A stretch of DNA of 63,998 bases, the filler included, from Basidiobolus ranarum (taxonomy: Eukaryota): assembly GCA_040143965.1 (NCBI GenBank). It is 9 parts of 9 records of this genome, joined end to end, with 100 filler letters (N's around TTAATTAATTAA, not from the genome) between each part and the next. Parts side by side here need not be neighbours in the genome. Positions count along the whole stretch, not along the records: positions 50,555 to 57,662 come from JASJQH010008055.1; positions 57,763 to 63,998 come from JASJQH010008244.1; 7 more parts are not named here. One strand, 5' to 3'. The position numbers and the translations under genes are program-made. The first letter of the stretch is position 1. Each line of letters starts with the position of its first letter. Positions 51,280 through 63,998 of the stretch are shown here, in pieces. Under the pieces are notes generated by a model that was not told where the DNA came from, searched no databases, and was given only the letters and a program-made list of their open reading frames with translations.

Positions 51280-51804
51280 TTTGCTATGTCGCTGTAGGAA
51301 AGTCTTGACTGTTAACAACTGCAGCTACGAAGGGTATTCGAGCAATTTCGAATTGGATTTAATACCTCACTTGATTCGGATTTGGATTTGGGTTTGGGTT
51401 TGGTTTTAATGGAATTATTCATTCACGAAAAACATTTCCTCCATTAATATTATTAGTGATTAAAAAACACAAAGGTTCAATGCTGATTCGAAATACAGCT
51501 GAATCCGTTACGTAATACTCCAGCACTATACAAATATTAATCGAAGCAAATCCATTAGAATGTGATAATATTTAACCAATAATACTGGGTAATGAAAAAT
51601 GAACTATAGATATTAGTCAAAATACGGATAATAAAAAAGAACAATGTGTGGGTAGAAAGGATTGGGTGCATTGTTAGCAGGGAAAAGTTGTTATATTGGG
51701 TAATGATAATATCAATGTTATTATTATAGGTGTAGTGTGAGATTCATTAAATTAGCCTTCTAAGTTGCTTGTAAGTGCCTTGAATACGCTTCACATAATA
51801 CAAT

Positions 51805-52968
51805 ATGTCCAATGACCAAGTAGATGAGCTTTTTACCATTCGTAACTTGTTTTACGTAGGGGCTTATCAGCAAGTGATCAACCAATGCACTAACCCTTCT
51901 ACTGAGCCAAGTTACGAAGATGGCAAACTGGAGAGATTAGTGTTTTTGTATCGCTCTTATATCGCCCAAGGAAACTGTGATATCGTCTTAAAGGAGATAG
52001 ATGATAAGCAACCTATTGACCTGAAGGTAACCAAGCTACTCGCTCAGTATGTGAGCGCTGACAAAGCTGGTAAACAAAAAGCCATAACAGAGGCACAAAC
52101 AATAGCAACCGATGAGCTGAGTTCCAATAACCGTAGCGTTCAAATTGTCCTTGGAACCTTACTTTATCGTGAGGGCTTATATGAAGATGCTTTACGTTTA
52201 CTTGTCAAACATTCCAAGAACCTTGAATGGTAAACTAGTCCCATTTTCTAAATTTTCTCGACTTCGCAACTGATTCATTTTTCCTGTAATAGTGTCGCAC
52301 TTATCGTTCAAATTTATTTGAAGTTAGACAGAACTGATTTGGCTAGAAGAGAGCTTAATGCTACCAAGAACTGGGCTGAAGATGCCATTCTTGCGCAACT
52401 TATCGAAGCTTGGATCGGTGTTCAGATTGTAAGAATAGAGTTTTTCTTTTCTTGGCGAGCCTTTTAATAATGATTATCTTTAGGGTGGTCCTAAATACCA
52501 AGAAGCATTCTACATCTTTGAAGAACTTAGCCAAAACCTTGCCGCTACCACAGTTAAACTCTTGAATGGACAAGCTATCTGCAATATTCACATGGGAAGA
52601 TATCCCGAAGCTGAGAGTCTTTTACTAGAAGCATTGAACAAGGTTGGATCACAATTCTAGCTCAAATCTCTTGAGATTCCCCATCGTTTCTAATCTCAAC
52701 AATTGTTCATTTAATAGAGTCAAAGTGATCCAGATACACTTGTTAATCTCATTGTTTGCGCCAACCTGACTGGTACACCCAAGGAATTGATTGATGATTA
52801 TACCACGTAAGTATCCATTTCTCTGGGGGGGGTACTTGACTTTGTTACTAACATTCAAATCCTAGTCAACTAAAGAACATCGCACCAGAGCACTCGTACC
52901 TTGTTGAACTGGAAGCTAAAAGCCAACTATTTGAAGAGTGTGCCAAACGTTACACTGTAGCTAACTAA
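51805..52968 (+). CDS. SEC28: Coatomer epsilon subunit (5 exons)
   Basis: DELFTIRNLFYVGAYQQVIN, YRSYIAQG, LDRTDLA, EDAILAQLIEAW, YQEAFYIFEEL; GT-AG introns; TAA at 52966-52968. Confidence 0.93.
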
Positions 52969-53502
52969 CTTCATCTATTGAAAATTCACTCTCACTGTCC
53001 CATTCTCACCACTCCTTCCCTACCCCTCATCCACCCAAGATAATGGAATTTATCAGTAACTGATATCAACAATAAACTAATGAAAGTAATTATGGTTGCT
53101 TAAGAATACGATGGTATCCATTCAAAATGTTTACTATAGACTTGCTTTTGTTGTGATTACTTTAGTCCAATGCTAGGTGTAAGTTTGGCTGATGATGGCT
53201 AAAGGATAACTACAAAAATCCATGGCTGTAAACTAAGATAAAACGGTAAAAGGAAAAGAAGCGAGAGATGGTGGAATTGGAATGGTGATCTCGGTGGGTT
53301 GATGTGTGTATTATTATGCTGACTTCTTGCGCAAAGACTGAGTGAATATATGAACAGATTAGGTGAGTGGATATTACATGAAAATGCGTGTAAAGAGCAA
53401 TTAACGTGGAATTTTAATTCACCAAGATTATACGGTTTAAAGAAATACATTTGCCCGTCCTGAGTCAAGTCATACATATGTGATTACATTCGGAAAACAA
53501 AA

Positions 53503-55775
53503 CTACGATGATCCGGACCGCAGAAGGTACTCTACTGCTGAATTTAAGTCTCCTCCAGTAGCTAACAATGCTCTAGAAATCATGAAATTAGTCATCAATT
53601 CATCTCGACATTCTCAAGTGAATTTACCGAATATTCGCGGTGGCGTCATTAAATCCCATTTCATTCAACGAGCGAAGCTGTTCTCTAAACCGCATTTCCG
53701 GTGGTTCTGATGTGGTAAGTGAGGATGGTGTGCCAATATTGGAGCTACATATAACAAGTCATAAGGGTTGAGTATTCTGATGGATTGCCCAAACCACTCG
53801 CTACTTACTTGAACATTTGATTCATGAGGTTGTTCGATTGATTCTGATCTGATTGACTTGCGTTACTAAGCAGATTTCTAAGCTCTTGATTTAGATTGCC
53901 ACCGAGATTTTGAAATAGCGGATTTTGGTTGGTTCCCATTAACATATTACTTGGATAGGGTTGAGATGGAGCTTGCACCGAAGAAGGATTGGGTGGAAAC
54001 AACCGATTCATCATTTGCTCGTAGTGTTGTTGTTGCTGCTGTTGCCCTTCAGGTTGAGGCGCTGTCTGCCCAGGATTGGCAAATGTACCGTTAAGCTGGG
54101 TATCGATTCCGCCAGGGTGGTAGGATGCATTATTTCTTTGAAGAGTCGACCCCCATCCAAAAGATCCGTTGCTGCCTTGAGTGCCGCCAGCTTGTTCGTG
54201 TTCTGTAGATTCTCCTCTCATGTTAAGCAGAGGAAGTCTGGGTGCGGGAGGACAACGTAGAGAGGATGGTGAGTTTCTAGAAGTGTTAGAGCTGGTCTCT
54301 TGCTCACCCTGCTGGGATATGCCTTCTGAACTGTTTGATGGCTATGAAATGGTATGACTACGATTTAGCTTTGCGTAAACCCATACAATCGCTAGTAAGA
54401 AAATAATGATTCATACCAAACCTAAGCTGCGGGTGCTAGCTCTAGTACTAGATCCCGATGGCTCTACAGTGTTCAAAAGCATGATTAGCATGGATTGAGT
54501 ATCGTATTTTCTATTATGAAATGATGGACTTACGACGAGAAGATTCACCCGTACTAGAGGGTAATGGACGACGAGTCCAAGGATTAGGCAAAGGCGTAGT
54601 GTTGGGTTGATCACCTTCTAAGAACGCTGGCTTAGCATTATAATTACATCAATAAGTCATTTGATAAAAAGGAACCTGTTGTTCTCGTAGCGTTCAACAT
54701 TTGTGCCCAACGTTCATTGACAGCATCGGTAGAAGGGTCCTCCTGCGTGGGGATTTTTGGGTTACAATTAAATCGAATTTTGGGAAGATGGATTGAGAAT
54801 ATTTACTGGACTGTGTGCTGATTCTAAAGGCTCTTGCAAATTATGATACATTTTTCGCAAATGGTTAAATCCACCAGGTAACATCTCTAAATTTGATAAA
54901 GCGCGATCATTGTTTCTCATCATCTCTCGCATTAATTCTGGATTTCTGGCAAGGTCAATCGTCTAAAGATATAGGTAGAAAAATAATGAAAATTTAGTTA
55001 CTGCACAACACGTTAATTATTCTACCAATGTTGACTACAACTCTCACGGGACTGTTCCCTTTTCCAAAAAATACATTATACAATACAACGAACAAATAAA
55101 ACTCTCGTCACCTGTTGTAAGAAATTGGGGTCGTTGAGAATATGACCTATTTCTGGATTACGTTCTACCATTTCTTTCACCTGAGGATTCGACAGCATCA
55201 AGGCACGAACTACCTCTGGATTCGCCATCATACTCTATAAAAAAGGTTATTTTCGAACATAGCTGTATTCAAGAATAGTCATCTAAACCAACCTTCATAA
55301 AAGAGGAGTTAAGAAGGTCCTTCATAAAATGAGAGGTTTGAGGAGGTTTTGGTTGTGAACCAGTTTGGTCTTTCTTACTATTAGAAGCTTGCTCCAAAGC
55401 CTTATTGGAAGCACTGCGAACCAGATGAATGGTATGACCATCCCGGATATCTAATAAATCAAGAAATATTTGTAAGCTTAGATGCGTCTAAATATGTGAT
55501 GGGGTAGATCCGAGGTATCTAATCGATAGATTTGGACTAAAACGAGAAGGTAGTCGAACCCTACCATAAAAACTGAGTAAATTCGCATCTTGAAGAACCC
55601 TTCCAGCATAAACAAGTCTCATTTGGCCGGGAGCCACACTCGATTGTGAACGTAGTTGCTCTTTTAGAGACAATACAGTGGTCTCATCCGGTTTTACGAG
55701 GATAGTAGCTGTATTTCCGCCAGAAAACCGTATTTTAAGGTTAATGTTTGTAGAGTTCGTATCTGAGTCGGACAT
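53503..55775 (-). CDS. DSK2: Dsk2/ubiquilin-like protein (UBL-STI1-UBA, multi-exon)
   Basis: UBL ([12 protein letters not shown]...GHTIHLV), STI1 repeats ([29 protein letters not shown]), UBA ([18 protein letters not shown]...[20 protein letters not shown]). Confidence 0.92.
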
Positions 55776-56584
55776 CGCTTGTATTGCGAGAATGAGAATA
55801 AAATCTTTATGAAATCCCTCAAAGAAAATACGATTAACTAAAGAAAATAAAGAAATAGATATGTAGACAAAGTGAACTAGAAATGAGTTAAAACCGATAG
55901 ACAAAGAGTTGAGAACTGCGCTCAATTCCCATTAATAGAATATTACTCATCGTATTTCTAAGCTTTCCTTAGATATCTACGATTTGAATGGGTGGATCTT
56001 TTTTATTTGGTTAAAGTTGCTTAGGGTTAATCAAATTTCAAGTAACCACTTTTCCTAAAGATGACTAAGAAGTTGTTAACTTTATGCTGGAGCCACCATT
56101 GGACTACGTAATTGCTATGGAGATTTCCTCATTATGTTGAACAAAGCAAACAAATCCTTTAAAAGGAGACCTGCATACCTTATTAGGATCCTGATACAAA
56201 ACCTGTCCTTTTTAGGTTAAGAGTAAGTTAGTCATACGAAAGTGTAGGTGACATAGGTTGAATGCATATTTCCCCATAGTTAAGAGTATCCAGTTTGAGG
56301 CAGACGATGGGTAGCTGTCTCGTAACTATCGATGACAAAAGCTACGATCATCTGAGATAATCTCTACATATGGAGTCATGTGCAGTATTTACCATCACTG
56401 GCACCCTTGTCCCTGGTTTGTCGAGGGAGATCGGATAACAATGGATATACGGTGCATCAACACAACATACATATATGTCGTTGCATTAATGCTTTGTCTC
56501 CGAAGTAGTCAGTGACGATTATAAGCGAAGCGTCACACCTCGGGATAATTGAAGACAGGCGTGTAAATGTATGTGTATATGCGC

Positions 56585-57380
56585 TTATAGGTAGATGTGG
56601 AGCCATTCAAAAGTATGCTGTGAGCAATCTCCGGCCTCATTAATGTAACCTTGATAAGAGCTGAGACTGACTACTTTAGTAGCCAATTCTTTCAGATTTT
56701 CTACTGCCTCCTCTGCTGGAGCACTCGTCTCAATTGCTCCGTCCAAGTCTACATAGATTACATATATCTGATAATTCTAGTGGATGGCTTGGGCTCAATC
56801 TTTAATGCATTTACATCCCTTACAGCGAAGATTCCTAATAGCGTGAGCAGTGCACTCGGTTTGTTGAGCATAATTACTGCCAAGTATTGTGATTTTGGCA
56901 GCATATGACGCTCAGGAACGTTAATTTGTATAAGTACCAAGCAAATATACAAGACTCTTCAACACCAATACATCCAGGTTATGCATGTGTGCGGCATGTT
57001 GTGAAGCTATATACCCATGAGGCTCATTGTGTCCAGCGACGAATTTGTCACAAGAAGAGGTACATGAGATAATGTGATCAAACTCCCTTGGTAGAGAATA
57101 AATAGAATCATTACATTGTTCAATTATCTGTGATTGACCTACTATCTCTTTGATATCTTCTATACAGCTTTTCTTAAACTCCGATAAAGTAATACGGCTC
57201 GTAGTATCCATATTCTCCATAAATATCCATGGGTTGAGCAATTTAATTGACTTGTCGAAATTTGCGTGTATAGTGCCCGAAAGAGAGTTCAATAAACAAT
57301 ACTTGCTGAAGAGAATAGCATCTGATCGAACCGCACTAAGCATTTGCCTCAATGTATCAAAGGGGATGATTTCGAAAGAC
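56585..57380 (-). pseudogene. Decayed prephenate/arogenate dehydratase (PDT + ACT domains)
   Basis: NSLSGTIHANFD (ENS-loop region), GYIASQHAAHMHNLDVL, ACT NKPSALLTLLGIFAVRDVNALKIEPKPS, then frameshifted YVIYVDLDGA...AEEAVENLKELATKVVSLSSY; conserved ENS, TRF and ESRP motifs are degraded. Confidence 0.65.
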
Positions 57381-57662
57381 TACTCACGAAGCGAAAACTA
57401 GTTTTAATCTGGTGGCGCTATCTAGGTCAACATGACGTTATTGTCCGACATGATACCTACGAGGCGTTCAAGAATAGACTTCATTCTTAAATACGTGACA
57501 ATGGCCTAATGAAACAATATACGATTGAATATCACTATGATTTCTCTAGATGTATAGAAAGGGTCCCCCAATATCTACATCATGTGCACCCTTTTGCGGA
57601 TTTACCGTACTAGTTGCTAATTAATCTACATTAATCGAATACGTGTTGATTAACATAACGTA

Positions 57663-57762
57663 NNNNNNNNNNNNNNNNNNNNNNNNNNNNNNNNNNNNNN
57701 NNNNNNTTAATTAATTAANNNNNNNNNNNNNNNNNNNNNNNNNNNNNNNNNNNNNNNNNNNN
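57663..57762. other. Artificial contig linker
   Basis: N44-TTAATTAATTAA-N44. Confidence 0.99.
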
Positions 57763-57955
57763 CTACTAGTCTAGCCTTGTATCTTTCTATATTGCCATCA
57801 GAGTTGCATTTAACTTTAAACACCCATCAGCAGCCAATTGATTTTCTATCATCAGGTAAGTTGATTAAAATCCAAGTTTGATTATCAATCAAAGCCTGAT
57901 ACTCATTAGCCATTGTAGATCTCCAAAAATCTATGTGACAGCCATTCAGGGCCTT
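57763..57955 (-). mobile_element. Copia RT N-terminal fragment
   Basis: WRSTMANEYQALIDNQTWILINLPDDRKSIGC*WVFKVK...IERYKARLV. Confidence 0.85.
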
Positions 57956-57959
57956 TGCT

Positions 57960-58450
57960 AGAACAAACATGTAGATATTAGGCATCATTTTGTTAGAGGA
58001 GCAATAGAGAAAGATATAATTGAACTTTTCTATTGCCCTACTGAAGAAATGATAGCTGATATCTTAACCCAACATTTAGCTAAAGCACAATTTGAATTAT
58101 TAAGATATAAGTTTTGTTTCAGGGATATTCAAAATAATTAGTCAAGTGGGAATGTTAAAATTATATATATAGCAACTCATTATTTAGTAGTTAGTTTATT
58201 CATATTCTGATCATTTAGCACTCAATTCTGTCATTCAAAAATGTGTGTTTATTGTTCTGATTGATAGAAATATCAATTAGATCAGTTTTACCAATTTCAC
58301 TATTTTCTCAAAAACTCTCTAAATCACCTCAAATTTTCACCAATGCTTAAAAGGCATGTTTGTTATGATCTAAGCATGTCTGATAGTCTTATTTCATAGT
58401 AATCTATAAATAGGACATATTCAATTCAATAAAACTCAAGGGTCTAAGTC
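57960..58450 (+). mobile_element. Copia RNase H end, polypurine tract and 3' LTR
   Basis: KHVDIRHHFVR...YCPTEEMIADILT; PPT-like AAGTGGGAA at 58144-58152; LTR begins TGTTAAAA at 58153. Confidence 0.85.
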
Positions 58451-58519
58451 TGAAGTCCATCAAACATATTTATCTTGAACTAGTTGTTTGGTAGTTCTGC
58501 AAACCTGGCTTGGATCTTA

Positions 58520-61500
58520 ATTATTTAAAATCTTCTTTGGCTTGAGATTTGATCATGAAGTCAGAAGTCATTTCTTTAGTAGTGCAATAGACAAGTTTGA
58601 TTATTTCATTCTCTAATGCTTCTCTAGCAAAATGATGCCTAATATCTATATATTATGCTCTAGCATGAAGTGTAGGGTTGTTAGCCAAAGAAATGCAACT
58701 TTGACTATCTTCAAATGCATTAACACAATGCTTTAGAATGTATCTTTAGTCTTTAAGTATACCCTTAAGTGCTTGGGTTCTTGTGTAGTAGCAGAGGCAG
58801 CTATACACTCTGCTTTTGTAATGGAAAATGCTACAGTTAGTTGCTGACTGCAATTCCAAGTTGTGGCTCCACGTCTGTGGAGAAAAGTGTACCCAATTGT
58901 TGATCTCACAACATCAAGGTTCCTTACCCAGCCCTCATTGTTAGAGCCTTCAATATTTGAGCATTAAGAGAGCCAGGGTATTACAGAACCAGATTTACAG
59001 TTCCTCTTAAATAATGGAATATTTGTTTCACTGTAGTTTTTTGCTCAGATCTTGGAACTCATAGGAGTTTGCTGACATCTCTCACTGCCACAGCAATGTT
59101 TGTATGTGTTCTAACTGTAGTATATATTAAACTACCTATCATAGACTTTCAAGGGAACTGCTGGCATTCATTTCAGTCATAGTGGCCCAAGTCAGAGGAA
59201 TGTTGATTAGTTTCACATTGGGATCCAGTGGTGTTGATATAGTCTTGATATTGCCATGTTGAAGCATTTTAGGATGACTAGGATGTATCTAGACTGATTT
59301 AGCAAGATTTTTTGATTAGGCTTATCTCACTTGAGTGGCTTTTCAAGGAAATACTTTATATACCCTTATCAGGCATCTGAAATTGGTTTGATAAACTATT
59401 TATTGTCTTAATGAGTACTTCCAGATCTTTAATGGCTATGATTAGGTCATCCACATATAAAGCCAAGATTAGGATCCTGTTTGGTTGCTTTGATGTATAC
59501 TGCAATTTGATGTAAATCTTTGGAATTCAAATGATTCTAAATAGGTATCTATCTAGTTATAACATGCCCTGGATGCTTGCTTTGATAAAAGTGTCTAGGG
59601 GATTTGCAAGTGTTTTGGACAAGATGTGGATTTGTGAATTAGACACTAAAGTTTTATTGAATTATATATGTCCTATTTATAGTTTACTTTGAAATAGGAC
59701 AATAGGATGTACTTGTAGCATAAGAAACATGCCTGTTGAACTCTGATCTATCAGGGACAGGAATTTTGATTCAAAGGGGCTCAGATACAGCCGGAATTTT
59801 GTCAGACACTTCTTGAACAGTGCTGATTGTGTTTTCTGGATAAAGAAATGTGATTTGAGGTGAAAAAATTGCTTTTTCATCAAAAAGCACATCTCTCCAC
59901 TTGATTAACTTCTGATTTTGGTATCAAATGGTCTGTAGGTCTTGGATCAATCACAGTAAGCAAGAAATATGCATATTCTGCTTTTGGGTTCCAATTTAGA
60001 GCATTTTTGAGCTTGATTTAGGCAATATGCTTTGCAACCAAAGATCCTGTGATGATCCACACTTGGCTTTGCCCCATATAGGGCTTCAAATGGAGCAGAA
60101 TTTTGTAGCAATCTTGTAGGGCACTGGTTTCTGATATAGACTGTGGCAGAGACAGATTCAGCACAATATTAGTAATCTAACTTTTGATCATGTAAAATTG
60201 TCTTGCTATCTCCACTATGGTCCTATTAGCACATTCAGCATTTCCATTTTGCTGTGGAGTATTACGTAAAGTAGTTTGTTGCTTAATTCCATGTTTATAA
60301 CAAAAACTAGTAAAGTCTTTGAAGCAGTATTCTCTACCAATATCACTCCTTAATACCCTTTTTTTTGTGCTGATTCTTTCTCTACCACATCTTTGTAGTG
60401 CTTGAACCTAGTTAAAGCTTGACATTTTGATTTGAGAAAGAATACAAAGTATGTCTTGCTTTGTCAGCAAGGAAGGTCATACAGAACCTTTTCCCACCTA
60501 GTGAGGCTTTTTTCATGGGCCAACATAGGTCAGAATGAATCACGGCAAGATTCTGAATGTATACATCTCTCCAGAGCTTGAAAAGAGATGTGTGTGAAGT
60601 TTTTCATAAATGCAAACTTCATACAAATCCAATTTAGTAATATATTTTCTATTTTTAACCTGGAACAAGCTGATTTCAGATCATTTGGGTCAGTTTTTGT
60701 TCCCCAAGGTAGCCTAATCTTCTTTGCCACATGGCCAGCTTATTACGCCAGTTTTGGCCAAGTTTACATGATTAGAATGCAATTTGTTGGTGTCTGGCTT
60801 GAACAATTTTTGAGTTTTGATCCCAGTAGCTCATTTAGTATTATTCAGATCTGAGATAGTGCATCCAGCCTTGCTGGACACAAAATTTAGTCCCTGTGTG
60901 TTGCCTGGCTTACAGATAGTAGATTCTTGGCTATATTTCAAACACAGAGTACTTCATCTAATTTTGTGGATGGTGTAGCTGAACTTCAGCTTTAACTGCA
61001 CCCTTACAAACTGCATGGAGTGCATAGCTGTAAACTAAGTAGACTTTTCTTGTTTGGATCAATTTTAAGCTAGAAAACCAACTATTATGGTTTGACATAG
61101 GCTGGGAAATGACTGAATTGATGTACTATGTTTTTGAGTCTCCTTAGTGATTAATGGTTGTGAAGACACAAATAGATGATCCCTATCAGTGCTTTCTTGA
61201 TTTGCTTGTTCTGATTTTAGCTTTTTTGCACAAATCCTTTTCCGCAAACTTTGATTAAATGTAAGGGTTTCTTGCAATACTTGCAGATGTTTCATTTACT
61301 ATTGGAGGCACCATTATTGAAGCCTGTTGCATGTTTTACAACCCCAAAAAATGCCTGTTCTGCACTATTTTGTTGAGAATTAGATCTTGTAACTAGTTCT
61401 TACAAAAGTCTAGCACTAACCTATTGCTTTGTTAATGACTCTGATCTTGATTATAGGGCAATTAAGAGGTTCCCACACTTGTTTAGCAGGCTCCCAAGTA

Positions 61501-62030
61501 GTGGCCTGACTGAGTCATCTTCTTTAGAGGTGCTCAAATGGTTGAGAGCAGATCTACTATAGTTTTTGTCTGATTTATATGACTAAACATCAAATCATCA
61601 GAATTCATCTGAATTGAGAATACTTTTTGCCTAAAATATAGCCTATTAGCCTGACTTTTAGTCTTATATAGCCCCTAAAGTTCTTCCCAAGACTTCTCTT
61701 TGGCTCTATTTCTTCTCCTGTAACAGATACCAAAAGGTCCTTTTCTTCTAGTGCCATTAGGATCTAGAACTTCCAAAGGTGAAAGTCTTAATCATAAAAC
61801 TGGTCTGCAGATGCAAAAATGTTGGTAATGGTGACTGTAGACATTCCCTTAACAGCTAGCTTGAGGCTCATTACCTCATAAATGTGTATAGGGGATTTGG
61901 AAGTGGTTTAGACAAGATTTGGATTGCTGAATTAGACACTTGAGTTTTATTGAATTGAATGTGTCCTATTTATAGTTTATTTTGAAATAGGACTATAGGA
62001 TGTGCTTAGATCATAAGAAATACGCCTGTG
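58520..62030 (-). mobile_element. Degenerate copia element(s): LTR - PBS - gag - PR - INT, internal LTR fragment, then RT - RNase H
   Basis: LTR ~62030-61876; PBS-like GGTAATGAGCC at 61875-61865; gag MSTVT...LWKF*ILMALEEKDLW; HSDLCWPM integrase; LTR piece at 59585-59745; LALYVDDLII; FEDSQSCISLANNPTLHARA RNase H. Confidence 0.85.
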
Positions 62031-62079
62031 AAACAAGCCGTGGAGCTAAACTTAGCTGCTGGGGCAAAAGTTTTGTTCA

Positions 62080-63998
62080 ATCAACTCCTGCAGTCTGGGA
62101 ATAACCTTTAGCAACTAATCTTGCTTGTTACACTTTTATGGCTCTGTCAGCATCATTTTGGACTTTTTTGACCCTGATGCAGCCTACTGGCTTTTTCTCT
62201 GATGGTAGAGGATTTAAACCCACACTTATTGTTCTACAGTGAAAAAAGATCATTTGGCATTAATGTTTCCCATAATTTGGGTTCTGGACACTTCAGAGCT
62301 TGATCCAGAGCAAGTGGTTTAGCACACAGTGCTGTATAAGCATAGAATGTATCATTGGTAGTGTTCCACCTGTTCCCTGTCTTATTTCTCCTTCTGGATG
62401 AGCTTCTAGGTCCAGCATCATCCTCTGATGTAGTTAGTCTTAATTTTTGGTTGAATTGGGCTTAAATAGAGCTATGTTTTGCCAAACAGTTCCTGAATAG
62501 TGCTGGTTTTGTTTTCTGGCTCTAAAACTGTGATTCAAGATGAAAAAATTGCTTTTACATTGAGAACACATCTCTGCACTGAATTAGCTTTTGATTTTCT
62601 TACCAAACAGTGTGTAGGCCTTGGATCCATCCCAGTTACCAAGAAATATGCACATACTACTTTTGGTTACAATTTAGAGCATTTTTGGGCTGGAATTAGG
62701 CAATATGCTGTGCAACCAAAGATCCTGGATTGATCCAAACAGGATTTTGATCCATAGGGCGCATCAAATGGAGCAGAATTTTTAGCAATCTTGTTGGTCA
62801 TTCATTTTTAATATAGAGTTAGCAAACACACATTTGGCCCAACATTGGTACTCTAAGTCTGGAGCATGCAACATTGATCTTACCATCTCCACTACAATCC
62901 TATTAGCACATTCTACAACTGATTTTGCTGTGGAGTATTAAGTACTGAAGTTTGTTTTGTGATTCAATATTTAGAGCAAAAACTAGCAAAGTCTTTAGAG
63001 GAGTATTCTCCACCATTTTAGCTCCTCAGTAGCTTTGTCTGTCTATGCAACCTTCGCACATATCAAATTTGGTTACATTCTTGATTGCTAAGACTGAAAC
63101 AGTCTAAATTTGGATCATTTGGGTCAGTGTTTTTTCCCCAATGTGGCCTAATTTTCTCAGTTATATATGACAGATTATTTACTGGTCATAGCCCAGTTTG
63201 CATTTTCTGAAAGCATTTTGCCAATACCAAGCTTAAATAAGTTCTGAAGTTTTTTACCAGTAGCTAATATAGTATTATTTTGATTAGTGCTAGTGTATCC
63301 AGCCTTGCTGAGCAAGATATCTAGTTCCTGAGCTGTTGCTTGGATTACTGATAGTAGTTCTTGGCTATATGTGATACATACAGTGCTCATCTAGTTTTGT
63401 AGATGGTGTTGCTGAAGTTTGATCTAAATTGAGCACAAAAGTACTTTTCCTAGCTGCATCTAGTGCACAGTCAGCAATTAAACAGACTTTGGTTGTTTGG
63501 ATTGGTTTTAGGCTGTAAAACTAATCTCTCTTGTTTGACATTTGCTGGAAAACTGCTGCAGCAATATACTTTGTTTCTGAGGCTTCTTGAGCAGTGACCA
63601 AAATTGCAGACACAAGTGGCTGATCCTTATAAGTGCTAACTTGATTTGCATGTTCTGGTTTCAGCATTTTGGCAAAAAGGTTTACTCACCAATCTTTGAG
63701 TAAATGACCAGGTTTCTTGCAATACCTGCAGATGACAGATTTCCTACTAAGAGCACCCTTATTGATGCCTGGTGGATGCTTTACAGCTCCAAAAAAAGCC
63801 TGACCTGCATTTTTTTGCTGAGAATTAGATCTCTTTAATTCCTCATTCAAGGTTTGGCACCCATATATTCCATTGTTAATGACTCTAATCTTGATTCTAG
63901 GGCAATTATGAGGTTCCCAAACTTGTCTGGCAGGCTCCCAAGTAGTGTCATGACTAAGTCATCTTCATTTAGAGGTGCTCCAATGGATGAGAGCTGAT
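62080..63998 (-). mobile_element. Further degenerate copia copy (gag-PR-INT-RT start), truncated by the window end
   Basis: Collinear homology with 49.1-50.1 kb and 60.0-61.6 kb; zinc knuckle ICRYCKKPGHL; ARLVAKGYSQTAGVD. Confidence 0.85.

Overview
This window is eukaryotic, most likely an early-diverging fungus (inferred from short GT-AG introns, fungal-type Sfp1/App1/Tim44/chitin deacetylase genes and a retained minor-spliceosome intron). It is not one locus. It is nine roughly 7.1-kb contigs in descending size order, joined by artificial 100-bp linkers (44 N + TTAATTAATTAA + 44 N), so adjacency across a linker means nothing. Gene-rich contigs encode a Sfp1-like C2H2 factor, the G6PD C-terminus, App1 phosphatidate phosphatase, eIF3b, a DUF1264/OBAP protein, a START-domain protein, an RFX factor, a secreted Cys-repeat protein, an SDR, a GPI-type chitin deacetylase, Tim44, ubiquitin-L40, a Kre9-like GPI protein, a five-repeat Myb protein, AP-3 mu, epsilon-COP and Dsk2/ubiquilin. 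There are also decayed HMA-domain and prephenate dehydratase sequences. Two contigs and part of a third are nests of dead Ty1/copia and CACTA-type elements almost devoid of CpG. The most notable observations are: (1) a U12-type AT-AC intron splitting the RFX DNA-binding domain; (2) an intronless tandem-Myb protein with an apparent mitochondrial presequence; (3) a 28-bp-periodic array of Yap1/AP-1-like sites in the SDR promoter; (4) repeat-restricted CpG loss. All identifications are by eye; no searches were run.
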